In this document: positions 12,060 to 24,351 of the stretch, in pieces
Numbering within the stretch: the stretch's first letter is position 1
Layout of the letters: each line of letters begins with the position of its first letter
Assembly: GCF_001194135.2 (NCBI RefSeq)
Contig: NC_068982.1
Location: forward strand, 93,603,454-93,654,554
Direction of reading: 5' to 3'
Length of the DNA: 51,101 nucleotides
Source of the DNA: Octopus bimaculoides
Lineage: Eukaryota
Notes under the pieces: model-generated
What the model was told of the DNA's origin: nothing
The model's input: the letters and a program-made list of their open reading frames with translations, nothing else
Database searches by the model: none
Translations under genes and position numbers: made by a program

Positions 12060-12675
12060 CTTTACTTGTTTCAGTCATTGGACTACAGCCATGCTGAGAC
12101 ACTGCTTTAAATGGTTTAGAGAAACAGATTGATCCCATTACTTATTTTTTAAACTTTGGTATGTATTGTATTTTACTGAACCACTAAGTTATAAGTTATG
12201 GAAACAAACAAAACTACACTAGTAGTCAAAGTGGGGAACAAACATGAAGATGCACACACATACACACATAATGGGCTTCTTTCAGTTTCTGTCTATCAAA
12301 TCCACTCACAAAGCCTTGGTTAGCTTTGAGCCATAGTAGAAGACATTTGCCCACGGTGCCTCACAGCAGGACTGAATCCAGGATATGGAGTTGGGAAGTC
12401 AACTTCTTATTTCTTTATTGCCCACAAGGAGCTAAGCACAGAGGGGACAAACAAGGACAGACAAAGGGATTAAGTTGATTACATCGACACCAGTGCGTAA
12501 CTGGTACTTAATTTATTGACCCCGAAAGGATGAAAGGCAAAGTCGACCTCGGCAGAATTTGAACTCAGAATGTAACGGCAGATGAAATAATGCTAAGCAT
12601 TTAGCCCGGCGTGCTAATGTTTCAGCAGCTCGCTGCCTTAAGGAAGTCAACTTCTTACCACACAGCATTGGCCTC
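12060..12675 (-). mobile_element. SINE family A1 interrupted by a family D insertion
   Basis: The 3' end ctttacttgtttcagtca starts at 12060. The head (cttcttaccacacagc) resumes after the nested element at about 12650. Confidence 0.85.
12410..12641 (-). mobile_element. SINE family D nested in an A1 head
   Basis: Head (rc) taaggcagcgagctgctgaaac...ctgagttcaaattctgccgaggtcgactttgcctttcatcc. Perfect 16-bp TSD ggaagtcaacttctta at 12394-12409 and 12642-12657. Confidence 0.9.
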
Positions 12676-13214
12676 CTTTGCATATTAGCAGCTTCTTAAA
12701 TACATGGACTTACATGTCAAGATGATGCTGTCAATATTTTGAAAGGAAAACGAGGAAATAAAAATTTGGTGCAGGTCACATAACATCAATTTGGTTCCAT
12801 TTTTGAACCACTAGACTGTTCACAAATACCCAGCACATACTGTACATAGATAAACCTCAGTGACTTAAGAAACACTGAATAATACAGAAGATATGAGCTA
12901 AGCATGGAAGTTCACAAAATTATTTCCAACCATTTTTGTCTAATGGTGTCTTTATGAAACCTAAGTAAATTTAAGTAGCCATTAAATCAAGTGCTTTGTT
13001 AAGAATATAGAGTACATTATCAGAGATAGGTTATTACACAGAATTTAACATTAAACCTAAATTTATAAGCAGGTGGCAATCTCTGAATCAATCATTGCCA
13101 ATCTTTCGAGTTATTATTAAAATTAAAACAGCTTCTTTTCCAAAGATATTTTTCAAAATAATCCTGTTTTAAATGCATTATATATACAGGTGTAAACAGA
13201 TATGGTTGTCTTAC

Positions 13215-13341
13215 TTTTCAAGGCCTTACAATGCTTGGCAACATGGGCAGGTGTTAGATGAAGGAAATTTGGTATTTTCATCAACTCTGCATTAGCATAA
13301 CGACCTGGAGGGACTCCAAGGTTTTGATTTTCACTTGGTCT
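13215..13341 (-). CDS. MRPS35: MRPS35 coding exon 4
   Basis: Acceptor ttgtatttcAG, donor AAAA|GTAAGA. Encodes [42 protein letters not shown], containing the mS35 hallmark [10 protein letters not shown]. 127 nt, phase 0/1. Confidence 0.96.
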
Positions 13342-16182
13342 CTGAAATACAAATTATTCTTAATAAATTTAACTGAATTTTCATTGTCATTATTAGGTTT
13401 TATTAGATGCAACACAAAAATCAAACACATACTTCACAAAAAGCATTAATAATTAAAACAGAAAAATGATTACCTTTGTAATATAAAATTAAAAGAAGTA
13501 AAGTCATTCAAGAAATGATGCTAAATTAAGAAGTATGACTAGATGGACTGAACCAGAGCAAAGTTAAGTGTCTTCTGTTATGAGGGTCACAAACTATGAA
13601 CTAACAACACTTTGACTGGTAGATACACAACCTATTGTCTCCCAACAGATAGACAGCTATTGATAAAATGTAAAACTTTGGGTTTTCAGAAGAGTTAAAG
13701 TCATATCTAAAACCTGGCTACATAGAACTACCTTCACTCTCCCACTATCTCTTCATCCAACCACACATCACAAGCATCTTTATCACATAACAATTCATGA
13801 AACTAACCAGCATGATGGACCTAAGATGATGAAGAGGAGCAAACGAGCAAAGAAACATCAAAAATACAAGTAATTTAATATTAGAAAGTAAATTGACTTC
13901 CTGTATTATTTTAGCATCAACATAAAATAAACTACAGTAAAATAAAATAAACACATAAACTAGAGGAGAATTGAGATCTTATAGAGATTTCATTCTGTTG
14001 GAAGAACAGATAAACAGAGTAGTTACTGATGTGGTAATTTGAGACAAAGAAGGCAGAGAAGATAATTAGATGTTAGGGGAAAAGGAGATGCTAAATGTAT
14101 CAGTAGTGAACTGTGAGATAGAGAACACACAAACTCTCTCTCTCCCACTCACAAGATGGCAAAGCATTAACCTGCTTGAAGGTTAACAGACAACTCTCTA
14201 AGACCAACTCAATATAACAAACTTTGTCTTGGTGTAGAGACTGCTTGTTAATGTTGTTCACACACACATGCACGCACACACACACACACACACACATGCA
14301 TGCACATACACACAAGTTGTACTGCTGTTAGTTAATTAGTATGTTATATGCCTGGATGAAACAACACAATATATCTGAGATAAACATAAAGATAGAAAAT
14401 TATAGGATTAAGGTATGAACAACAAATGTAGAGAAAAATATCTTTTGTTGAATCTATTTCAATGTGCCTCATATATTATTTTCGTATGTGTGTGTGTGGT
14501 AGGTAGATAAGCAGATAACTATTTGATTTAAGTCCATTTCATGGTTTCATGCAGGTGTCATGTGGATACTACTCATATTCAGTGGGTCTGAAACAGAAGT
14601 AAGAATACAAATGCTCAAGATTTCTATCTCTGTTCTTAACACTTCATTATATACAATGAAATATTAGTATTCATATGAATATCTGCATGAAATAATACTA
14701 TAGGTAAATTTATATATTTACCAAGATGATCCTTCATCATTATCATGTTACGTCTGCTTTCTATGTTGGCATGGGTTGGATGACACTTAGGTGGGTCAAG
14801 ACCATATCTTACTCATAAGTTCTATTTTGGGTTTAGTTTTTTCTGGCAATTATGGTTTGAATTTTTTTGACACACCTGAACTAGGGAGGGAGTCATACCT
14901 TTGACAAGACTAAAAGAGATCTCTTGAACTCATAATTATCAAAGTGCACTGGGTGCATTTTATTGCGCCACTAGCATTAGATAAGGTAGGAGTGAGAGCA
15001 TGATGGATAGCAAGAGACAGATAAAATGGTGAGGGTGAATAATGGACATTGACACAAAACAGTCAGGGATGGGTACAGGTGATATGTATATGGTATATCT
15101 GTTGTATCTGATGAGGTCTCTTAAGTATATGTCAAGATGAGTGAGAAATATGAGTAATAAAGATGAGAGAGGGGGTGGAATGTTAGTGATATGATGAGGT
15201 AGATATAGAAGCATCTTTAAAAAAAAAAAAGATTACCACAGCTAGAATGACTGATCAAATCTGCATGATTATGACTGACCTAAAGACTAAACAATAACAA
15301 AAAATGTGTTGTAGTTTAGTCCCAGGTCAGCTCTGATCAGATACACCTATGGTTGTAAAGCCTTTCAGAAGAGATTGTCTTGGTTATTTGTATGTCAAGG
15401 ACTACATTTTTCAGCATGTCACTCCTTTTTCAAGGCAATGGAGTGTAATTTGAGGTAAATTTGATTGCTAATTCAAGCGTGTTGAGTGACCACAGGGAGG
15501 TTCTTTCCTTGGTTGAGGAGTATGTATATCTGAGAAGTAGCATATTTCATTAAGAGATGTCTAATGAAAACTTTTAAACCTATTTCTTAAAACATGTCAA
15601 TAAATTAATTCAGTAATTTTTTTCTCAAGAATAGGTCAATTAGAATGTTAATTTTTTTTCTTAAGAATGTTTTGTCTGGTGGAATAACATAAAAGCACAA
15701 AACCTCAAAAAAAAAAAAACTACTCTCATTAATTAATTATTTAATAGGATATTATTCTTATTACAAATCAAATTAGAGTGTAACTCATCATATGATGGAT
15801 AACTCTGGAAGTATACTTTTCCACCATGGGTAATATTAGAAATATGGCAGGCAGACACAATAATCGTAATCTTTTATTAAACTTTTTGGTTCTAATACAA
15901 AATGATGAAATGAATACTAATTTTCAAAAGCGAAATATTACCTAAAAATTAAACGAAGCAAAAATTCTTATTTGTAAAACTCCTCGGGTCATTTATTCTC
16001 TCCTCTTCCTGTCTCTATAATCCTTTCTCTCCACATATCTGGCACCTCTTATGGTAATGCTCTCTCTGTGTATCTGTTTAATTCATTCTGCCTCCTTTTT
16101 ATATATAACATAAGGTGTGACTGGAGGAATCAACCAGCCAACATCTATATAAGCTGTTATCATACAGAGATTATTAAGATTA

Positions 16183-16347
16183 GGCACAGAAGTGGCTGTG
16201 TGGTAAGTAGCTTGCTTACCAGCCACATGGTTCCGGGTTCATTCCCACTGCGTGGCACCTTGGGCAAGTGTCTTCTACTATAGCCTCGGGCCGACTAAAG
16301 CCTTGTGAGTGGATTTGGTAGACGGAAACTTAAAGAAGCTCGTCGTA

Positions 16348-16378
<31 letters not shown>

Positions 16379-16728
16379 NNNNNNNNNNNNNNNNNNNNNN
16401 NNNNNNNNNNNNNNNNNNNNNNNNNNNNNNNNNNNNNNNNNNNNNNNNNNNNNNNNNNNNNNNNNNNNNNNNNNNNNNNNNNNNNNNNNNNNNNNTGTGT
16501 GTGTGTATGTTTGTGTGTCTGTGTTTGTCCCCCCAACATCGTTTGACAACCGATGGTGGTGTGTTTACGTCCCCGTAACTTAGCGGTTCGGCAAAAGAGA
16601 CCGATAGAATAAGTACTAGGCTTCCAAAGAATAAGTCCTGGGGTCGATTTGCTCGACTAAAGGCGGTGCTCCAGCATGGCCGCAGTCAAATGACTGAAAC
16701 AAGTAAAATAATAAAAGAGTAAAAGAGT
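16183..16728 (+). mobile_element. SINE family A1, young copy with gap in its internal microsatellite
   Basis: Same head and tail as 40930-41315. The N gap 16379-16495 sits between (TA)n and (TG)n. Confidence 0.9.
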
Positions 16729-17975
16729 ATTAGTTTGTACAAGAATTCAATTTATCATTCAAGATTCTGGGTTTGACTCTTACTACAATAGGCGCTGTTG
16801 TTCATAAATCCCAGGATAACCCAGATCAAGCAGAGCTATGACCATAGGTATTCCCACTATGACCAACCTTTCTTAGGAGTATCTAAGATTATAAAACCTG
16901 TCTTCCCTTTTTTAAAATGGTAAAGGGCTGATTTGAGGGAAATTCAGCAGCTATTTCAAGCAAGTTCTCTTATTGGTCAGTAGATATTAGCATTCATCTT
17001 TCTGGAGGTCAATGAATTATATACTAATTATACTGCAGTTGAGCCAATCAACTATATACACCATTTCTTTACAAATATTGAGCACATGCTTAAAAAAAAC
17101 ATTTTTATAGAAGTAAAGCAGATAGAGTGATGCAGATGGAGGATGGCAGTTGCATAAGAGCTGATGAAAAAATAATCTCCAGATATTAAATCTGATGAAG
17201 GAGATGACAAAAGATGACAGGTGGTGATCACCTGTGTAAACTTGCTGAAATACTTGTTAGAATAGCGGGATAATGCCTGCACCCCTCCTTTGCATATTGT
17301 TTCATGTATGCCACATTGTCTAATGCAAAACTCATCAAGTACACTATAGACAAGTTATCCAGCATCAGAAACTGTGTCAAAAATGAGATGTTATAGTAAA
17401 ATGTGATCTTCTAAGCCAGTGAATCCTGTTGAACCATCCTACCCATGCCAGCATGGAAAACATGTGTAAAATTTATAAAAGCTCAGCTCAAGAAACATTG
17501 AACCATTATTTGAGTGACCTTATGAATATCTATCAAATATTTTCAGTGATAATCTTAGTTTCTGTCCCCTACTTTATCAGTCACTAATGATGATAATGAT
17601 GAAGCAGGTTTACTTCACTTCTTCAAAGTAATGAGTTCAAACCTCATCAGGCTGATATAACTTTTCAATAGAGCAAGGTCTATAGAAGAAGCATCAGAAA
17701 TTCTACTTTGGTCGACTATATCTTTTCCTTACATAAGTTAGTTTAGAACTTGGTCAAAAGAAACCAACTTATAATTAAAATGCAATTAAACATGAAATTA
17801 ATGTTGCTTGTGTTTTTAAAGAAACAATAGAGCATTGTACTAAAATATATTACAAAATTTCATTTTTTTCTATCTTCATTGTGAATTCAACACTAACCAG
17901 AAGATTCTGAATAATTAATGTCAGTGTTCCAATTTTTGTTACTCATCACCATCCCATTGCACACTGTAATCTATA

Positions 17976-18198
17976 TTAACTCTTAAGCATTCAAACCAGC
18001 CATATCTGGCCAAGATATTCTACTTGTTTTATGTTGAAACTGGCCAGATCTGGCCTTTGGCATCTACCCTATACCATCTTTCTGAAAATAAACAACCATA
18101 TCATTGAAATCTCAAAGCTACGAGATAACGTACGATTAATTCAAAACAATATGAATAAATAGGCATCATCTAGAATAGTTTGAATGCTAAAGGGTTAA
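17976..18198. mobile_element. piggyBac-type MITE (~220 bp)
   Basis: TTAA at both ends. TIRs ctcttaagcattcaaac / gtttgaatgctaaaggg (15/17 match). No ORF. Confidence 0.82.
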
Positions 18199-19793
18199 AT
18201 TTATGAAGCTCAGTTCAAGAAACATTGAACTATCATTCGAGTGACCATCTATCAAATATTTACAGTGATAATATCCTAGCTGAGAGAGAGAGAATTGTAT
18301 ATTGTAAAGTAAAGCACAATTACACAACTAAAAATGTACACTATATATTTATATCACTAGGTAGAGAATTCAATACCGAAAAGTTCCCATTTTTGATATA
18401 TATTCAGGTATTTTTTAAGTCTAACCCCTTAAGAGGTACAATAGCTCTATGGTTCAGCAGCTACATTTAACTATCAAATTTCTGCTGTGTGTGTGTGTGT
18501 GTGTGTGTGCATGCGCAATGCCATATTTTTTATTCTCTGGGCAAACTGCATGGTGGCCTCACTAGTGCTAGTGACATGAAAAGAAATACCTAGTACATAT
18601 TGTAAAGTGGTTGGTGTTAGGAAGGGCATCCAGTTGTAGAAACAATGTCATAGCAAACATTAGAGCATGCAACAATCTTTGAGCCCATTGGATCCTCTTA
18701 ATTAAATCATAACGTATGTATGTATGTATGTATGTATGCATGCATGTATGGATGTATGCATGCATGTACATAGCACAAAACATGAGATGAGGCCATTCTA
18801 TTAAATTTAAGGTTGGCTCCCAATCAACAACACTCTAAGTCAGTACGACACAACCAGTGATATTTATTAAAGACATTATAGAGGAACAGAAACAAGTTAT
18901 TATTAGCATAAATTATTAATTCTATTTTAGGTACTGGAGAGGTAGATTATCGTAGAGTGCCAGATTGAAAGCATTTTAATTGTATCTTGGCCATGACTTT
19001 CATCCTTCCAAGGTCAATGAACTAACAACCAGTCACATACTGAAATTGATTCGTTTGACTGTACCTTTCTCTGATATAGTTGGGGACCTGTTGTCTCCCT
19101 CACTAACTACCAGAAATCTCAATGAAGTAGGTCAATCTTGCTAGTAATAGCAGTGAAATCTCCCTTTAATCACACAAACTTCATAAAAAGATGATGCATT
19201 GGGACATGTAGTCTTGGATACATTGTCTGAATGTCTGAAAGATGTGATGGCCATGAATGGAATGTGTTTCATCATAGTTCTACTGGGACAGGGTCTAAAA
19301 AATAACCACCGTTGCTACTACTCACATATCATGTTGGCAAAACTGGTGTCTTTGATCCATATTCCTAGGAAGGAATATGGTACAATTAAATTTCTTGCCA
19401 CTTTGAAATGGCAAACACATTAAATAACAATAATAATTACACAACTACATACAAATGTAATAATTATAGCAGTAATAACACAATTACATTGCTAAATATG
19501 TGCACAAATAGATGATTAACTTAGTTTAAATGCAGCAGGTCTTTGGAATGTCAACATTTTTTGTTTGATTTATCTTCAGCCAGGAAATGAAACAAGGACA
19601 TCATTGGCAAGATGTCAATTATTTCAACTACTACAACTATAACCTTTTGTTACATGTTTCTTTCGAAATACACTTTGTTTCTATTCATTTTTAAAATAAT
19701 GAAGACTTTAGTAAAATAATTGTCATTATTAGGCTGGTGTTTGGAAGAGAATTAAACAAGAAATTTTGATGGTAAATTATAATTTAAATCACT

Positions 19794-19992
19794 TTAACAC
19801 TTTAGCATTTAAACAAGCCACATCTGACCCAAATATTCTACCTGTTTTATATTCATACTGGCCATATCTGGCTTCTCATGCCCACTATACAATGTAATAC
19901 TCAGTATAAACAATCCCATAACTGAAATCTCAAAGCTTTGAAACAATGCATGATGACTTCAAAACAATGTGAGTAAAAAAGCAAAAGGTTAA
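19794..19992. mobile_element. piggyBac-type MITE, same family
   Basis: ttaacactttagcatttaaac...ccaaatattctacctgtttta...gaaatctcaaagct...aaaaggttaa. Confidence 0.75.
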
Positions 19993-20799
19993 AACAGGAA
20001 ATTTGTGTCTTGAACTCGGGGCAATTTCAGGTGGGTGAGTATTAAGAGGGATGAACAAGTAATAGAACAACTCAGAACAATCTCAATGTGGTTGCCCCAC
20101 TTGCTAAAATTAATGGTTATGCTCCCTCAAATAAGACCCTACTGTCTTACAAAACAAAGAATATTGAGGCAAAAAGGCAGAAGAGTCAGGAGTGAAAAAC
20201 TTTGATCAGAAGTCTGTTCAACCAAGACTGACCTGTGCGAAACATTCTCAGGACTTAAATGCATGTTGTGGGTGAGAGTGGGAAATAACAAACACAAAAG
20301 ACACATAGATACAGACACAAACAGGCTTCCACTCAATTTCCATCAATGAAATTCACTGACAAGGCATTGATCTATGATAGATGGCATGTGAGGTCACTGC
20401 ATAGTGATGCTGAACCTGAAACCACGTGATTGCAATCACACAACAATGCCTGCACCTACCATAGGCAAATGCAAGTGATTTTATCTTGTAAGAGAAATAC
20501 AACTAAAGATAATTATACATTTGTTTTAGAGGTACACAAATGATACAGTAGGATCTCTGACAGAATGACAGTGAACCAGTGCAGTAGAAGAAGGGAGAAG
20601 TACAGAAATAGCAGCAGGAGCACCAATGCTTAGGCAGCTCATTAAATGTAGTCAAAGTTTCTATTAATGATATAATTAGTGCTGGAGTTGATTGTAATGA
20701 AAGTAGAGTAGCAAGTGTATGGAAAAGGTAGAAGAAATTCAGAAAGTTGTTGGCAACAAAGAACACATTCTGTGCATGTGTGTATAAGGAGAAATCGAT

Positions 20800-21525
20800 A
20801 TTAAGATGATCAGCAGGCTGAATTGATAGCACATCAGACATTTGGCTCATTTCATGCTGAGCTTCAATCCTGCTGGAGTCAACTTTGCTTTTCATCCTTT
20901 TGGAGTCAATAAAATATAGTAACAATCAAGCACTGAAATTGATGTAATTGATTACCCTGCTTCAAATGTTGACCTTGAGCCAAAAATTGAAACAATTATT
21001 ATTAATTATTGTTGCTATCATCATCATCATCATCATCATTAAAAAGGCAGTGAGCTGACAGAATTGTTACTGTACCAAGTGAAATGCTTGGCAGCATTTC
21101 AACAGTCTTTACATTCTGAGTTTAAACTTTGCTGAGGCTGACATTGCACTTCATCCTCTTGGAACTGATAAAATAAGTACCAGTTGAGCACTGGAGTCGG
21201 TGTAATCAACAAACTCCTCTCCCATAATTGCAGGCCTTGTGCTTATAGTAGAAAGGATTATTATTATTATTATTATTATTATGGCAGTGAGCAGGCAGAA
21301 CTGTTAGCATGCTGGGTAACATGTTTAGTTGCATTTTGTTTGTCTTTATGTTTTGAGTTCAAATTCCACCAACATTGATTTGGCTTTCATCCTTTTGCAA
21401 TTGATAAAATAAGTACCAGTTAAGTACTAAGGTTGATGTGATTGACTTCCCTTCTCCTCAAAAACTGCTGGCCCTGTGCCAAAATTTGAAGCCCTTATTG
21501 TTACTGTTATTATTGTTGTTGTTAC
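20800..21525 (+). mobile_element. Head-to-tail array of three family D SINEs
   Basis: Three copies of (g)gcagtgagct...ttcatcctttt...aagtaccag...ttgatgt...gcc(t)tgtgc, separated by (ATT)n/(CAT)n tails. Confidence 0.8.
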
Positions 21526-21988
21526 ATGATACAAAAAATGAAAAAGTTGCATCTGATGTTTCTACGGTTTTGAACATTGTTATCTAACCAATCAGAATTT
21601 TATGACAAAGTATGTAAGGATATGCCTTTCAAGCAATTTAAGGTTCTTAAATTATTGTTAATGTAAATAAGAATAAAAATTATTTCATCAATCTTTTCTC
21701 CACAACTCAGATATTTTGCCAAAGGACTTCTCTGGAACTAAACATCAACAAGTAATAGGGCCTCTTTTACTCAGAGCCCACCAACTTTGTCATCCAAAGC
21801 AAAATCTGCCCAATTTACTTTTGAACTGTGTTCTCTTTCATGTTCTTTAATAAATATTTTGCCCACACCTTTTCCAGAACTTCATTCCATTCCAAATTTT
21901 TTGTCCAGCTGCTTCAAAATGAAGAGATTTCCTCTTGTTATTCTAATTATTGTGATCATGAGAGCTACTGCACCAACAGTCTGACTAC

Positions 21989-22088
21989 CAACAACAAACT
22001 TATGAAGAAAAAAAACAACAACAAACTTATGAAGAAAAAAAAACAACAAACTTATGAAGAAAAAAAACAACAAACTTATGAAAAAAAA
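21989..22088 (+). repeat. Minisatellite, four units of ~21-28 bp
   Basis: (caa)caacaaacttatgaa(g)aaaaaaa repeated four times. Confidence 0.9.
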
Positions 22089-22316
22089 TACCTTCTCCCA
22101 CACAGATGTATTCATGTGCTTCAGTATGTTTCATATTGGTACGTGCTTAAGTGTTTTGTGTATGTGCATGTATATTTGTGTAGGAATGTACATATGGAAT
22201 TGTATAGCTATGTGTATGCGGATTAGTGCAGGTATGAGCAAATATGTTTATGCTGGTATGTATATGGGTATTTGCGTGCATGTGTGAATTGTATAGTTAT
22301 AAATACAAGCCTACAC

Positions 22317-22347
<31 letters not shown>

Positions 22348-23239
22348 TGTACATGATAAACGGAGGCAGCAGGTTGGTTTCAATTCCCAATTGGGTTGAT
22401 TCTTTTTATTATAGTAAATGACATTTTTTCTTTGATTAAAAAACAAAAATTCTTATATTTTTGATTAATTAATTCTAATACTTTATTCCTAATTACAAAA
22501 CTATATACCTCACTTGATATAAATAGATTATAACAGAGCTCTTGCCCATTCAAGACATCAAATACATGATCTCTCTCTCTCTCTTTTCTTTTTTACTTGT
22601 TCTCAAACACAGAAAGATATATCTTCTAACTACCTTTAGAAGTAAGATAAAACTTGCTGCCATAGAATAAATGACAAGAATTTATAGTTCACTTAACAAA
22701 TTTGGAAAGAATATTTAGTCTATGGAATGCTAAACAACAACTACATGTAACAGAGGTGGCAAGGACTCAAATATGGATAAGAAATGCATGTAGCTAAAAG
22801 TAGGAGTACAAACAGAAAATGGTTGCCATGGTTACCAACATCAAATGCAGCAATGCTGTAACTCTATACGCAATACCCTGATGTAATTACAAGCCTTAAG
22901 TCATCGACTATAAAATTTCCTTTGTGTTTGTCTAAATCCTGTTCTTTTTTTCACAAACAGTAGTTTGAAAGCTCAATTAATTAGTAGTGGATTTCTGTAT
23001 CAACCATCAGGAAGAGAATTTTCAATTATGAGAACATTTCATAAACTTAATTTAAAAGTTAAAAAAAAAAAAACTCAGAAAATATCTGAAATTTTAACAA
23101 GAACTTAACTCAAAATTAAGAAAATAGAATAAAAAATTTAATTAAATCCTAATTTAAAATTTAGTTTTATTTTCTCTAAATTGAATTTTGATTTGAGTTT
23201 TGAATTTCAGGTTTTAAATAAGGATATGGCTTGAAATTT

Positions 23240-23408
23240 TAAAAATAAAAGTGGTAGGAAGAGCATGGCGTAAGAAAAGTCATCCAGTCATAGAAACTAT
23301 AACAAAGCAGACAATGGAATGTAATGGCATTTCTTAGACCTGCTGGATCCAGTCAAACTGCTTAACTCATGCCAGTATGGGGGATGGAGGTTTAAAGATG
23401 ATGATGAT
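23240..23408 (+). mobile_element. Short RTE-type 3' end (similar fragments at ~8077 -, ~9890 -, ~14735 -, ~18590 +, ~30450 +, ~36740 +, ~45866 +)
   Basis: catccagtcatagaaac...actcatgccagtatgggg...tttaaagatgatgatgat. Confidence 0.65.
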
Positions 23409-23554
23409 CGTGAAAAGCCTTGGAGCAACAACTATTTTAATGTAACTTTTAACAACAGAGCTCCATGAAATGAATTTAAAGCTGAATAATTATGCTCATC
23501 ATTATTGGATGCCATTCATACATAAATGGGTAATTTTGTATGTAACTTCCAATT

Positions 23555-23768
23555 CTTTGCACTATAGGTACAAGACATGAAATTTTAGGGGAGGGAGCTA
23601 GTTGATTACACTGACATCAACACTCAACTTGTATTTATTTTACTGACCCTAAAAGGATGCAGAGCAAAGTCAATCTCAGTGGCATTTGAACTTGGAATGT
23701 AAAGTCAGTAGAAATGCTGCAAAGCATTTGTTTCAGCATGTTAAACAGTTCTGCTAGCTCACAACCTT
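23555..23768 (-). mobile_element. Single family D SINE, decayed
   Basis: gaccctaaaaggatgcagagcaaagtcaatctcagtggcatttgaact...gttctgctagctcac. Confidence 0.65.
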
Positions 23769-24351
23769 CTATAGAGGTTTTGATTATAAAATGCTTTTCC
23801 AAATCAATTTTTTTTTTTTTTATTTAAGAAAAAACTTGAAATTTCAACAATTATTTGAATGAAATGTAATTAAATTAAAAGATTTCACAATTCAAACACA
23901 CATTATTTTCAATTGAATTTTGATTTCTGTTTAAATTTCAGATCTACCTAAAATTTCTAAAAATGCCTTGTAGGAAGAACTAACAAACAAAGCTTTTAAG
24001 AGGCAAGGCTGCATTCAATGGCTTTAAATCTGAATAACTACAACATTTTATAAAGTCTGAAAGGGTTTGGGAAAGCAAATGTGTACAGCCAGTTTAATTC
24101 ATTTGTTTAACATCCGTTTCCTTATGCAAGCATAGGTTGGATGAATGTATATATTGAGATATTTTTATAGCTAGATGTCCTTCCTGCTACAATCACTAAC
24201 CCACTTCCCAAGTTAGACAGCAGAGCTAAAACACAATTCGTGGCCATGGAATGTCAGCAAACACAATTTTTTGCACAATGCTTTTCTAGCAAAGTGACGA
24301 CTCTAAACAATCACACATAAATACACATGTACATGCAAGCATAGACACACA

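Noticed and set aside
23085-23210. Imperfect AT-rich inverted repeat (ctgaaatt...aatttcag)
   Set aside because: Low complexity; the similarity is within chance for this composition.
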